This document shows, in pieces, positions 41,107 through 50,502 of a stretch of 64,000 nt of DNA; positions within the stretch are counted from its first letter, which is position 1, and each line of letters starts with the position of its first letter. The stretch covers positions 1,024,001 to 1,088,000 of the forward strand of contig CAVZYA010000002.1 in NCBI GenBank assembly GCA_963779415.1, read 5' to 3'. The translations under genes were made by a program, and so were the position numbers. The stretch comes from an uncultured Acidobacteriota bacterium (lineage in GTDB: Bacteria; Acidobacteriota; Thermoanaerobaculia; UBA5066). Under the pieces are notes generated by a model. The model was not told the DNA's origin. It searched no databases and saw nothing but the letters and a program-made list of their open reading frames with translations.

Positions 41107-41991
41107 ATGTCGACCACCCTGACGCTCCTGTTCAAGATCACACTGGCGATCTTCATGGCGGGCAGCCTGCTGGAGATGGGCCTCCGGCTCAACCTCCAGG
41201 AGGCCTTCCGGGGGCTTCGCAACGTGCGCTTCGTGGCCTACACGCTGGTCTGGAGCTTCGTCCTCGTCCCCGCCCTCGCCTACGGGATCACACTCGTCAT
41301 CCCGCTGCAGGCCCCCTATGCCATCGGCCTCGTCCTTCTGGGCATGGCGCCCTGCGCGCCCTTTGTCCCCGGCCTCGTGGACAAGGCCAAGGGGGACCTT
41401 GGCTTCACGGCGGCCTTCATGCTCCTCGCCTCGGTCGGCACCGTCGTGTGCATGCCCTTTACGGTGCCTCTTCTCACCACGGGCCTGACCGCCAGCGCCT
41501 GGGCGATCGCCAAGCCCCTCCTGATCGTCGTCCTCCTGCCCATGGCAATCGGCGTCATCATCCGTCGTCAGGCGGATGCCTTCGCCTCCAAACTGCTCCC
41601 CTTCGCGAAGAAGCTCGCAGGGATCTTCGGCCTCCTCTGGTCCGTCCTGTGCCTCGTCATCTACGGGAAGGGCCTGCTCGGCGTGGCGGGCGAGTTCGCC
41701 CTCGCTTCGGAACTTCTCTTCTTCTGCGTGATCTTCCTGGGCACCTACTGGCTGGGCTTCGGCCTGCCCTATGAGCAGAAGATCGTGCTGAGCGTCGGGG
41801 TCACGACCCGGAACCTCGGCGCCTGTCTCACGCCGCTCCTCTCGGTGCCGGACATGGACCAGCGGGCCACGCTCATGATCGTGCTGGCGCTCCCCATCAT
41901 GGTCATCGTCTCGTTGCTGGGGGCGAAGTGGCTGGGCCCGGCGGCCGAACCGGGGTCCAAGACACCTGCGCCCGACCAGGCAAGTGCTTGA
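41107..41991 (+). CDS. Bile acid:sodium symporter (BASS/SBF) family transporter
   Basis: MGLRL, FVLVPALAY, GLVLLGMAPCAP, KAKGD, TRNLG; about 9 TMs. Confidence 0.88.
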   Translation: MSTTLTLLFKITLAIFMAGSLLEMGLRLNLQEAFRGLRNVRFVAYTLVWSFVLVPALAYGITLVIPLQAPYAIGLVLLGMAPCAPFVPGLVDKAKGDLGFTAAFMLLASVGTVVCMPFTVPLLTTGLTASAWAIAKPLLIVVLLPMAIGVIIRRQADAFASKLLPFAKKLAGIFGLLWSVLCLVIYGKGLLGVAGEFALASELLFFCVIFLGTYWLGFGLPYEQKIVLSVGVTTRNLGACLTPLLSVPDMDQRATLMIVLALPIMVIVSLLGAKWLGPAAEPGSKTPAPDQASA

Positions 41992-42082
41992 TGAGCCCCC
42001 AGCGCTCCTCCGCCGGCACCTCCCGATCCTGGAATGGGGGCCCAATACACCGGCAGGTTCTTGTTGATGGAGGGTTCACCGC

Positions 42083-43900
42083 ATGAGTGAAGGTGCTCCC
42101 GGCGTGCTTGCCATGATCAGCTGGCCCCGCCCGTTCGTGGGACTCCGGGGCATCAGGCTGGCCGACGTCCCCCGCGAGGTCTCGGCGGGCGTCACGCTGG
42201 CCGCCCTCATGATCCCGCTCAACATCGGTTACGCGCAGGTGGCCGGCCTGCCGCCCGTGGCCGGCCTCTACGCGGCCATCATTCCCCTGGCCGTCTTCGC
42301 CCTGCTGGCGAGTTCGCGCCACCTGGTGACGAGCCCCGACGCCTCCATGGCCACCCTGGTCGGTGCCACTCTGGTCGCCTTCGCTGCGCCCGGAGACCCG
42401 TTGCGCCTGCAGTACGCCCTCGCCCTGGCGATGGTCTGCGCGCTGCTGTTCTTCCTCTTCTGGATTTTCCGGTTGGCGTTCCTCGCCAACTTCCTGTCGC
42501 GCGCCGTGATGGCGGGGTTCATCACCGGGCTCGGGGTCGAGGTGTTCACGAACCAGGTGCGAAAGATCCTCGCCGCCCCCCACGTGGCGGGCGCCGCGAC
42601 AGGCGTGCTGGCGGCGGCCGAACGGATCAAGGACGTCATGGCGAGCTCGGTGAACACCGAGGGCTACTTCGTGGAGGTCGTCGCCCTGATCCACTCGATC
42701 CCCCGGGCCAACCTTTACTCGGTGGCGATCGGCGTCGCCGCCTTTCTGACCGTCCGCCTTCTCAAGCGCTTCGCGCCCAGGATCCCGGGGGCGCTGGTGG
42801 CGCTGGGGGTGCTCACGCTCGCCGTGGCTTACTTCAACCTCGCCCAAAAGGGGGTCGGCGTCCTCGGCGCGATTCCCTCGGGTCTTCCGACCCTGACCCT
42901 GCCGGCCATCCCTGCCGCCGACTACCTGAGGCTGTTTCCCGGCGCCATGGCGATTGTGGCGATCCTGCTGTGTGAGGGCCTGCTCGTGGTCCGCAGCTAC
43001 AGCAGCAAGTACGGATACAAGGCGGACGGCGATCAGATGTTGTTCGCCTACGGCGCGGCAAACCTCGCGGCCGGGTTTACCGGCTCGCTACTGACCGGCA
43101 ACAGCCCCTCCCGCTCGGCAGCGATGGACTCCTCGGGAGCGAAGAGCCAGCTGCCGAGCCTGGTGGCGGCCGGGACGATCGCCGTGGTCATGCTGTTCTT
43201 CACCGACATGCTCGCGTACCTGCCGAATGCGGCCCTGGCGGGGATCGTCGCCAATGCGGTGCTCTCCCTGATCGAGGTCCACGAGCTCGGCGAGCTGTGG
43301 CGGATGCGGCGTTCGGAGTTCTGGATCGCCGCCACCTGCCTCCTGAGCGTGCTGGCTCTGGGGCCGCTGCGCGCCGTCCTCATCGCCTTTCTCCTGTCCA
43401 CGATCGACGTCATCCGGCGGGCGTCCCGCCCGGAGACGGCGGCGCTGCTCGAAGCCGCGGACGGCAGCCATTTCGCCGCCACGGACCTGGGCCAGGGCGT
43501 CAGTCCGTCGGGCCTGGTCGTCTATCGGTTCGGCGCCCCGCTCTACTTCGCCAACGCGACCCTGTTTCTCGACGAGGTCGAGCAACTGATCGCCCGGGCG
43601 CCGACCCCGGTCCGCTGGTTCGTGCTGGACGCGCAGGCGATGGTCGACGTCGACACCACCGGCGCGGAGGTCCTTCGGCAGGCAATCACCTTGCTGACCG
43701 GGCGCGGCATCGTCTTCGCCGTCAGCCGCGCCGATCGGTCCTTCCGCTCCTGGCTGGAGCGATACGGGCTCATGAAGCTGATTGACCAGAAGCGCTTCTA
43801 CCCGACCAACCGCCACGCCGCGGCGGCGTTTCGCGAGGACTCGGGGCGCGAGGCGGAGCCGCCCGGAACGGCCTCGCCGCCTCTCCCTCAGGGTACGTGA
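42083..43900 (+). CDS. SulP family anion transporter with STAS domain
   Basis: AGVTLAALMIP..GYAQVAGLPPVAGLYA, GAKSQL, GAPLYFANA, VDTTG. Confidence 0.95.
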   Translation: MSEGAPGVLAMISWPRPFVGLRGIRLADVPREVSAGVTLAALMIPLNIGYAQVAGLPPVAGLYAAIIPLAVFALLASSRHLVTSPDASMATLVGATLVAFAAPGDPLRLQYALALAMVCALLFFLFWIFRLAFLANFLSRAVMAGFITGLGVEVFTNQVRKILAAPHVAGAATGVLAAAERIKDVMASSVNTEGYFVEVVALIHSIPRANLYSVAIGVAAFLTVRLLKRFAPRIPGALVALGVLTLAVAYFNLAQKGVGVLGAIPSGLPTLTLPAIPAADYLRLFPGAMAIVAILLCEGLLVVRSYSSKYGYKADGDQMLFAYGAANLAAGFTGSLLTGNSPSRSAAMDSSGAKSQLPSLVAAGTIAVVMLFFTDMLAYLPNAALAGIVANAVLSLIEVHELGELWRMRRSEFWIAATCLLSVLALGPLRAVLIAFLLSTIDVIRRASRPETAALLEAADGSHFAATDLGQGVSPSGLVVYRFGAPLYFANATLFLDEVEQLIARAPTPVRWFVLDAQAMVDVDTTGAEVLRQAITLLTGRGIVFAVSRADRSFRSWLERYGLMKLIDQKRFYPTNRHAAAAFREDSGREAEPPGTASPPLPQGT

Positions 43901-43955
43901 TGTGACAACTCATCCCGAAGCAGGAGCCGACCCCACGTCGGCAGGAGGAATCAAG

Positions 43956-44387
43956 ATGTTGAAAAGACCGTCCACCACATTCTGGCTGATCGCCGCTCTG
44001 CTCCTCGCCGCCTCGCCCGCTGCCCTCGCCGGCGACCTGACGGGGACGAGCCGCTTCCTCTGCTCCGTCGTCAACGTCGGCCGGTGCGACGTCGACGGCT
44101 GCTGGGAGGACACTCCCGACGGCGCGCTCATCCCGCAGTTCGTCATCATCGACCTCGGGGCCAAGCTCCTCTCCACGACTGCGGCGAGCGGCCAGAACCG
44201 CTCCACCCCGATCGAGTCCGTCCGGCGCGATGGGGGCCTCATCGTCCTTCAGGGCCTCGAGAACGGCCGGGCTTTCAGCTTCGTCATCTCCGAGAAGTCG
44301 GGGAGCGCGTCAGTGGCCATCGCCCGGGAAGAGCTGGTCCTCGCCGTCTCGGCGGCCTGCACGCCCCTGCCGGCGTCCCAGAAGTAG
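43956..44387 (+). CDS. Hypothetical exported protein
   Basis: RBS GGAGG, signal peptide, four Cys, LQGLENGRAFS. Confidence 0.75.
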   Translation: MLKRPSTTFWLIAALLLAASPAALAGDLTGTSRFLCSVVNVGRCDVDGCWEDTPDGALIPQFVIIDLGAKLLSTTAASGQNRSTPIESVRRDGGLIVLQGLENGRAFSFVISEKSGSASVAIAREELVLAVSAACTPLPASQK

Positions 44388-44405
44388 ATCAGGAGGAAAC
44401 ACACC

Positions 44406-44957
44406 ATGAAGAGAACCTTCGTCGCCATCCTGTGCCTGATCCTCGCCGGAGGCAGCCTCGTCCTCCTCGCGCAATCCTCCGGCCAGAAGTCCCTCGCCGC
44501 CACCCTCGGAGTCGCCGCCTTCCCGTCTGCCGGACAGAACGCCCAGCAGCAGTCGCAGGACGAGGCGGCCTGTTACAAGTGGGCGGTCCAGAACACGGGC
44601 ATCGACCCGTTCGAGGCCCAGAAACAGGGCGCGCAGGCGCAGCAGCAGGCCGCCCAGAACGCGCAGGCGGCCCAGTCGGCCGGACAGGGCGCCGCGGTGC
44701 AGGGGGCGGCCCGGGGCGCTGCGGCCGGCGCCCTCATCGGAGCAGCCGCCGGCGACGCCGGAACCGGCGCCGCGGTGGGCGCGGCGACGGGAGCAGTCGC
44801 GGGGCGGAGGAAGAAGAAACAGGCGGAGGCGTCGGCGACGCAGCAGGCGCAGGCCCAGGGCCAGCAGGCGCAGCAGGCCACGGCCCAGCAGATGCAGAGC
44901 TTCAAGAAGGCCTTCTGCGCCTGCCTCGAAGGGAAGAAGTACATCGCCAAGTACTGA
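44406..44957 (+). CDS. Exported glycine-zipper domain protein
   Basis: Signal peptide, QQSQDEAACYKWA, GAARGAAAGALIGAAAG, CLEGKKY. Confidence 0.85.
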   Translation: MKRTFVAILCLILAGGSLVLLAQSSGQKSLAATLGVAAFPSAGQNAQQQSQDEAACYKWAVQNTGIDPFEAQKQGAQAQQQAAQNAQAAQSAGQGAAVQGAARGAAAGALIGAAAGDAGTGAAVGAATGAVAGRRKKKQAEASATQQAQAQGQQAQQATAQQMQSFKKAFCACLEGKKYIAKY

Positions 44958-44971
44958 GCCGGCGGGAGCCG

Positions 44972-45204
44972 ATGCTCGAAACGACCCTCGCCCGGGCGGC
45001 CCTGGTCTTCGCCGCGCTCGTCGGAGCCTCGCTCCTTCGCGCCGACGAGTCGGAGCAGCCCCGAATCTCACCGACCCGGCGAAGATTGAATCAAACGCGA
45101 GGTCATGCCCCGCTACGTGGGGGAAACGGCACGATCCTGATGGCCGAAGACGCGCCTTCACCTGTGGATCGTCTCGAGAGCCCTCTCGAGTTCGAGGTGC
45201 TGCT
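44972..45204 (+). pseudogene. Gene remnants: signal-peptide stub followed by truncated 5' end of a kinase paralog
   Basis: MLETTLARAALVFAALVGASLLRADE, then MAEDAPSPVDRLESPLEFEVLL resembling the kinase start at 26688. Confidence 0.55.
45126..45204 (+). repeat. Diverged direct repeat, copy 2 (partner at 26674..26753)
   Basis: Alignment by eye with 26674..26753. Confidence 0.8.
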
Positions 45205-45370
45205 GGCGGGCCGCATGGTGGCCGTTTCTTCGCTCGGGGATCTGCCGGTGAAGACCGCCCCAGATCGGGAAAACGCCCGGCTTTCCCGGGTGAGATGGCC
45301 CCCGGCAAAGCCCTTTGCGCCCCGACAGGACCACGACCAGAAAATAGCCCCCGGCAGTTCAGAACGGACA

Positions 45371-45386
45371 TTGGACCTTGGTCTAA
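45371..45386. promoter_or_regulatory. Palindromic motif copy TTGGACCTTGGTCTAA
   Basis: Reverse complement matches TTGGACCAAGGTCCAA at 15/16 positions. Confidence 0.6.
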
Positions 45387-45410
45387 CACCTGTCCGCCGT
45401 CCGGGCCCAC

Positions 45411-46031
45411 TCAGGAGGAGCGGGGTCTGACCCGCTGAGCGAGCCGGACGAGGTCGGCGAGGGAGGCCGCCTTCATCTTCTCCATCACGCGGGCCCGGTG
45501 GACCTTGATCGTCTTCTCCACGGTCCCGAGCCGGCCCGCGATCTGCTTGTTCAGCTCGCCCGAGACAACATGCTCGAGAACCTCCCGCTCCCGCGGCGTC
45601 AACGTCTCGAGCCGCTCTCGGATCGACGCGACCTCGGCTCTCTCTTCCCGCGCTACGACGTCTCTTTCCATCGCCCGGCGGATGGCCGCGAGGAGATCCT
45701 CGTCCTCGACCGGCTTCGTCAGGAAATCCGCCGCGCCACGTTTCATGGCCTGGACGGTCGCCGGGACGTCGGCCCGGCCCGTGAGGAAGATGACGGGCAG
45801 AAGGCAGCCACGCTTCTCGAGCTCCTGCTGAATCTCCAGCCCGCTCATCTGTGGCATCGACATGTCCAGGACGAGGCAGCCGGGCGCCCCCGGATCGAGC
45901 TGGTCGAGGAACTCGCGCGGGGACGAAAACGTCGCGACGGGGAAGCCCTCCGAGCGGAGGAGCCGCGCGACGGCTTTCAATACGTGCAGTTCGTCGTCGA
46001 CGACGGTAACCGTCGGGAGGCTGCCCTTCAT
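45411..46031 (-). CDS. FixJ-family response regulator
   Basis: VVDDE, GCLVLDMSMP, FLTG, FLTKP, LTPREREVL, TIKVHRARVMEKM. Confidence 0.95.
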   Translation of the reverse strand: MKGSLPTVTVVDDELHVLKAVARLLRSEGFPVATFSSPREFLDQLDPGAPGCLVLDMSMPQMSGLEIQQELEKRGCLLPVIFLTGRADVPATVQAMKRGAADFLTKPVEDEDLLAAIRRAMERDVVAREERAEVASIRERLETLTPREREVLEHVVSGELNKQIAGRLGTVEKTIKVHRARVMEKMKAASLADLVRLAQRVRPRSS

Positions 46032-47896
46032 GTCCGACCGGAAGATGCGGGGAGGACGAGGTGGAAGGTCGCCCCGGGTACTCCCTCCTCGTTGTTCGAG
46101 GCCCGGATCTCGCCGTCGTGAGCGCTGACGATCGTCCGGCAGACGGCCAGGCCGAGGCCGAGCCCCTGCGGCTTCGTCGTGACGAACGGCTCGAAGATCG
46201 CGGCGAGCCGGTCGCCGGGGATGCCGCAGCCGCGGTCCGAGATCGAGACCCGAACCCTCCCGTCGCCATTCCGCTCCGTCCTCACAAGCAGCCGGCGCTC
46301 GGCGGGCGTCACCGCCGACATCGCGTCGCTGCCGTTCATCAGGAGGTTGAGGATCACCTGCTGGAGCTGGATGCGGTCGCCGTTCACGGCCGGGAGATCG
46401 GGCGCGAACTCCGCGCTCACGGCCACGCCGTGGTTCGCTAGGTCGCTTCGCATGATCTTCAGGACCTCCCGCACCAGCTCGGAGATGTCGAGGGGATTGC
46501 GATGCACCTCCACGTTTTTCAGCATCAGCCGCAGACGCTGGATCACCTCACCGGCGCGCCGGTCCTGATCCACGATGTCCTTCAGGATCTCGCGCGCCTC
46601 GTCCACGTCAGGCTCGCTCCGGGCCAGGAGGCGCTGGACGGCCTGCGCGTTGCTGAGGATCGCCGTCAGGGGCTGGTTCAGCTCGTGGGCGAGCGATCCC
46701 GACAGCTCGCCGATCGTCGAGACGCGGGAGAGGTGCGCGAGCTGGCTGTGCTGCTGGAGAAGGACCTGCTCCGCATCCTTGAGCGGCGTGATGTCGAGAG
46801 AGACGCCGTAGGCCCGCGCGGGCGATCCCCCGGGCGCCCGCTCCACGGCCCCTCGCGCCGCGATCCAACGGGTCCGGCCATCGGGACGCACGATCCGGTA
46901 ATCCGTCTTGAACTCGCCGGAACCGGCGAGGGTCTCCTCGATCAACAGACGCACCCGATCCTGGTCATCGCCGTGAATGGTGCCGAGGAATTCCGCGAGG
47001 TCGACCGGCGCGCCATCCTCGATGCCGTAGAGGACCCGGCCGCCGGGGGTGATCCAGATCGCGTCGCTCGGGATGTCCCACGTCCAGAGCGCCAGATCCG
47101 CCGCCTTCGCGGCGAGGCTCATCCTCCGCTCGCGCTCCCGCACCTCCGCCTCGCTCGCTTGGAGCTCCCGGGCCAGGTTTTTCGCCCGGACGATCTCCGC
47201 GCCGAGCTCCTGACCCATCGAGAGCAGGACCCCGAGGTAGGCGAAGGTGAGGAAGTAGGGCGAGCGGAGCCTTCCCTCGTGGATGAAGGCCACGTGCGTC
47301 GTCGCCACGAACATGAAGAAGAACATGCCGCCACACACCGTCAGGGCGCGGCGTCGGTCCCCACGCCGCCAGACCTCCACCCCTGCGTCGACGACGAAGG
47401 CCAGGAAGAGAAAGGCGCTGAACTGGGAGACCCGGACCCAGGGGTTCACGATACCTTCAGGGACCCAGACGGTTTCCCCGAGGAAGGGGGCGGGAATCGC
47501 CCGCTCGATCGCCGTGAAACTGAGGTTGGTCGGTGACAGGAAGTTCAGGACGAGCGAGGAGACGGCCCTCGTCCCGATCGCCGCCCACGCGAGCCAGGGC
47601 CGTCCGGCGCCGAGGTAGAGGCGGACGAACCCGACGAGAGCGCAGATGGTGATCGCCAGGGGAACGTGCGCCCACCGGATGAGAACGGTCATTCGCTCGG
47701 GGGTGCTCTCCCGCATGACCCAGAGCTCGAGGACGCCGAGCACCGCGTTGGAGATGGAAGCCGTCGCGAAGAGCAGATGAGACCAGGACGTCCGGTCGCT
47801 CGCCCACACGAGCAGGTTCAGAAGGGCGAGCGTCAAGCAGGCCGAGATGGCCGCGGACCACGCAGCCGTGACCCAACTGAAGGGCATCGCGGGCAT
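46028..47896 (-). CDS. Membrane sensor histidine kinase with PAS domain (FixL/NtrB type)
   Basis: About 7 TMs, IHGDD PAS, LAHELNQPL, LNLLMNG, DRGCGI, FVTTKPQGLGLGL. Confidence 0.93.
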   Translation of the reverse strand: MPAMPFSWVTAAWSAAISACLTLALLNLLVWASDRTSWSHLLFATASISNAVLGVLELWVMRESTPERMTVLIRWAHVPLAITICALVGFVRLYLGAGRPWLAWAAIGTRAVSSLVLNFLSPTNLSFTAIERAIPAPFLGETVWVPEGIVNPWVRVSQFSAFLFLAFVVDAGVEVWRRGDRRRALTVCGGMFFFMFVATTHVAFIHEGRLRSPYFLTFAYLGVLLSMGQELGAEIVRAKNLARELQASEAEVRERERRMSLAAKAADLALWTWDIPSDAIWITPGGRVLYGIEDGAPVDLAEFLGTIHGDDQDRVRLLIEETLAGSGEFKTDYRIVRPDGRTRWIAARGAVERAPGGSPARAYGVSLDITPLKDAEQVLLQQHSQLAHLSRVSTIGELSGSLAHELNQPLTAILSNAQAVQRLLARSEPDVDEAREILKDIVDQDRRAGEVIQRLRLMLKNVEVHRNPLDISELVREVLKIMRSDLANHGVAVSAEFAPDLPAVNGDRIQLQQVILNLLMNGSDAMSAVTPAERRLLVRTERNGDGRVRVSISDRGCGIPGDRLAAIFEPFVTTKPQGLGLGLAVCRTIVSAHDGEIRASNNEEGVPGATFHLVLPASSGRT

Positions 47897-47974
47897 GATT
47901 CTAGGCCTCCCTCTCGTCCCCCCGAGCACGCCCTGGGGGGACTCCCGCCCGAAGCACCTGCGGCAGGCCGAGCA

Positions 47975-47994
47975 CATTGGACCAAGGTCCAATG
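47975..47994. promoter_or_regulatory. Inverted repeat CATTGGACC-AA-GGTCCAATG in divergent promoter region
   Basis: Perfect 9-bp arms between divergent kinase and regulator genes. Confidence 0.7.
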
Positions 47995-48027
47995 CTACCG
48001 GCACGCCGGACGGCCCATCCTTTCGGG

Positions 48028-48456
48028 GTGCGCCGGAGTCGGCCTCTCATCGCTGTGGTGGACGACGAGGAACCCGTCAGGAAGGCCTTTCGGCGGCTGA
48101 TCGTCGCCGCCGGAAACGACTGTGAGACCTTCGACTCGGGCGCCGACTTCCTCGCCTCCTTGGAGGATCATGAGCCGGACTGTCTCCTCCTCGACCTTCA
48201 CATGCCGGGTCTGACCGGTCTCGACGTGCAGGCGTGCCTCGCTCGTGTAGAGCCCAGGATTCCCGTCGTCATCATCACCGGCCAGGACGAGCCCGAGACG
48301 CGAGGCCGCGCCCTGGCGGCCGGCGCAGCCGCATACCTGCTGAAGCCCGTCGACGAGGAGACGCTGTTCGCGGCCATCGCCTCTGCGCTCTCCAGCATCC
48401 CCGGCTCACGAAACTCCCGCGAGGCCCCCCCCGGATGCCCGACGACGTCCCGATGA
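48028..48456 (+). CDS. Single-domain response regulator
   Basis: IAVVDDE, CLLLDLHMPG, IITG, YLLKP; start uncertain. Confidence 0.9.
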   Translation: MRRSRPLIAVVDDEEPVRKAFRRLIVAAGNDCETFDSGADFLASLEDHEPDCLLLDLHMPGLTGLDVQACLARVEPRIPVVIITGQDEPETRGRALAAGAAAYLLKPVDEETLFAAIASALSSIPGSRNSREAPPGCPTTSR

Positions 48457-48541
48457 TCGTCACCGACTCCGCCGGCACGTCGCCGATCCGGTACACGCCG
48501 TGGGAATCGCGACCGGCAGGAAGCCCCGCGCGCCCGCCGTG

Positions 48542-48557
48542 TTGGACCAAGGTCCAA
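48542..48557. promoter_or_regulatory. Palindrome TTGGACCAAGGTCCAA upstream of the 48612 gene run
   Basis: Identical 16-mer to 47977..47992, 55 bp before ATG. Confidence 0.7.
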
Positions 48558-48611
48558 TTGCAGCCCCGCTTCCCGCGGACGTACAAATGACGCCCGGAAG
48601 GAGATACGACG

Positions 48612-49187
48612 ATGAGGAGTCTGAGAGTCTCGGTGGTGGCGGCCAGCGTCGCGGTCGCCTGGTGCATCGCGCCCGTGGCCCAGTCGCAGGCCCCGCCGAA
48701 AGGCGAGACGGTGGTCGCGTCCCTCACGGTCACCGCGACCGTGACGAAGATCGACCAGAAGACACGCGAGGTCACGCTCAAGGCGGCCGACGGAAAGACA
48801 TACAGCTTCGTCGCCGGCGAGGCGGTGCAGAACCTCGCCCAGGTGAAAAAGGGAGACGAGGTCACGGCGACGTACGTGGAGGCCGTGGCCTACGAGGTCC
48901 GGAAGGGCGGAAAGGCCGGCGTCGGAGCGGTCGCGGGAGCCGCAGCCGCTCCGATCGGTGAAAAGCCGGCGGGAGTCGTCGGGGGGCAGGTCACCGTGAC
49001 GGTCAAGATCACTGCGATCGACCACAAGGTCCCTTCGGTCACCTTCAAGTTGCCTTCGGGCGACACGCGGACCATCAAAGTGAAGTACCCCGAGAAGCTC
49101 CAGGGCGTGAGCGTGGGCGACACGGTCGAAATCACCTACACCGAAGCGCTCGCACTGACGGTCGAAGCAAAGCCGAAGAAGAAGTAG
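48612..49187 (+). CDS. Hypothetical exported protein with two OB-fold-like repeats
   Basis: Signal peptide; duplicated TVT.ID...VT.K...V..GD.V...Y.EA.A. Confidence 0.8.
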   Translation: MRSLRVSVVAASVAVAWCIAPVAQSQAPPKGETVVASLTVTATVTKIDQKTREVTLKAADGKTYSFVAGEAVQNLAQVKKGDEVTATYVEAVAYEVRKGGKAGVGAVAGAAAAPIGEKPAGVVGGQVTVTVKITAIDHKVPSVTFKLPSGDTRTIKVKYPEKLQGVSVGDTVEITYTEALALTVEAKPKKK

Positions 49188-49234
49188 GTCGGGAGCCGGA
49201 CAACGGAGACGATCGATCCTGAAGGAGGAGTGAA

Positions 49235-49807
49235 ATGGAAAGTGTCAGAGGGGCGGTCATCGACTGGGCTCAGGAAGTCAAGAAGAACGCCGGGTGGCTC
49301 GTGGGACTGGGCGTCCTGACGGTGGTTGCGGGATTCCTGTCCATCATGTCTCCCATGCTCGGCGGCCTCGGCGTCGTCTTCCTCGTCGGAATCGCGATGG
49401 CGATCGGCGGCGTCGCGCGAACCGTCGGCGTCTTTCGCGCGGGGTCGTTCGGGCAGGGCGCTCTGGCGCTGATCGGCGGCATCCTCACGTTCGGGGCGGG
49501 CCTGATCCTCGTGGCCCGGCCCGGAGTCGGGCTGGCGGGCCTGACCCTGCTGCTCGGGGGCTATCTGCTGGTGGACGGGATCTCCGGCGCCATTCTCGCG
49601 TTCCACGTGCGGCCGGAGAACGGATGGGGCTGGATGCTCTTCAGCGCCGCCATGGGCGTGCTCCTGGGATTCCTGCTGCTCCGGGAGTGGCCGCTCTCCG
49701 GGCTCTGGGCGATCGGGACTCTGGTGGGGGTGAACCTCCTGTTCACCGGCTTCTCCTTCATCTCCATAGGCTCGGCCGCGCGTAGCGTGGCCAAGCGGGT
49801 CGCGTAG
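49235..49807 (+). CDS. HdeD/DUF308 family membrane protein
   Basis: Six TMs, GWGWMLFS, WPLSGLWAIGTLVGVNLLF. Confidence 0.88.
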   Translation: MESVRGAVIDWAQEVKKNAGWLVGLGVLTVVAGFLSIMSPMLGGLGVVFLVGIAMAIGGVARTVGVFRAGSFGQGALALIGGILTFGAGLILVARPGVGLAGLTLLLGGYLLVDGISGAILAFHVRPENGWGWMLFSAAMGVLLGFLLLREWPLSGLWAIGTLVGVNLLFTGFSFISIGSAARSVAKRVA

Positions 49808-49977
49808 ATTGAGCGAGGCGGCGGCCCGCCCTGTTTCGGATTCTGGACGAGGCGTCCGGACGGGCGGGCCGTAACACGGGAGCCGAGAAGGTTTCGTCTC
49901 TTGAATTCTCCTCGCCGATCGCTACCCCGGTCTGAAGCGCGCGATCGCCAGGATCGCGGATCAAGGGCCGTGCTGAC

Positions 49978-50499
49978 ATGAAGACCGAAGAATTGAAAGA
50001 ACGAGTCCATCACGGTCTGATCGAGTACGGGATCAATGTCGTCTATTTGACGTTTGTGTTCACCGCCTTTACGGAATACAGAAGGCTCATTCTGGCCGCC
50101 TACGACATCACGTATACGAATTACTGGGTGGCGCTGATCAAGAGCCTGGTCCTCGGAAAGGTCATCATGACCCTGGGCGCGTTCCACCTCGGTCGCCGTA
50201 TTGAAGCGAAGCCCTTGATCTATCCGACCCTTTACAAGGCGGTGGTCTTCAGTCTCCTAGTCGGTGTTTACACGGTCATCGAGCATGTGATCAAGGGTCT
50301 CTTTGCCGGAGAGGGGCTTGCGGGAGGTCTCGTTGATCTCTCGGGGAAGGGGTCTCAGGTATTGCTCGCCGACGGTCTGGTCCTTTTCGTGGCCTTGATT
50401 CCCTTCTTCGCGGTCAAGGAACTGGGACGGGTGTTGGGCCGGGAAAGGGTCGGCACGCTCTTCTTCAGGAGAAGCGTCGATGCCGACCGGAAGGGATAA
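49978..50499 (+). CDS. Hypothetical membrane protein
   Basis: Four TMs, [16 protein letters not shown]; visibly lower GC than neighbours. Confidence 0.75.
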   Translation: MKTEELKERVHHGLIEYGINVVYLTFVFTAFTEYRRLILAAYDITYTNYWVALIKSLVLGKVIMTLGAFHLGRRIEAKPLIYPTLYKAVVFSLLVGVYTVIEHVIKGLFAGEGLAGGLVDLSGKGSQVLLADGLVLFVALIPFFAVKELGRVLGRERVGTLFFRRSVDADRKG

Positions 50500-50502
50500 G
50501 GT

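Noticed and set aside
26572-45410. Prophage, IS or integrative element annotation
   Set aside because: No integrase, transposase, phage genes or tRNA target recognised; only repeat scars, reported as findings.
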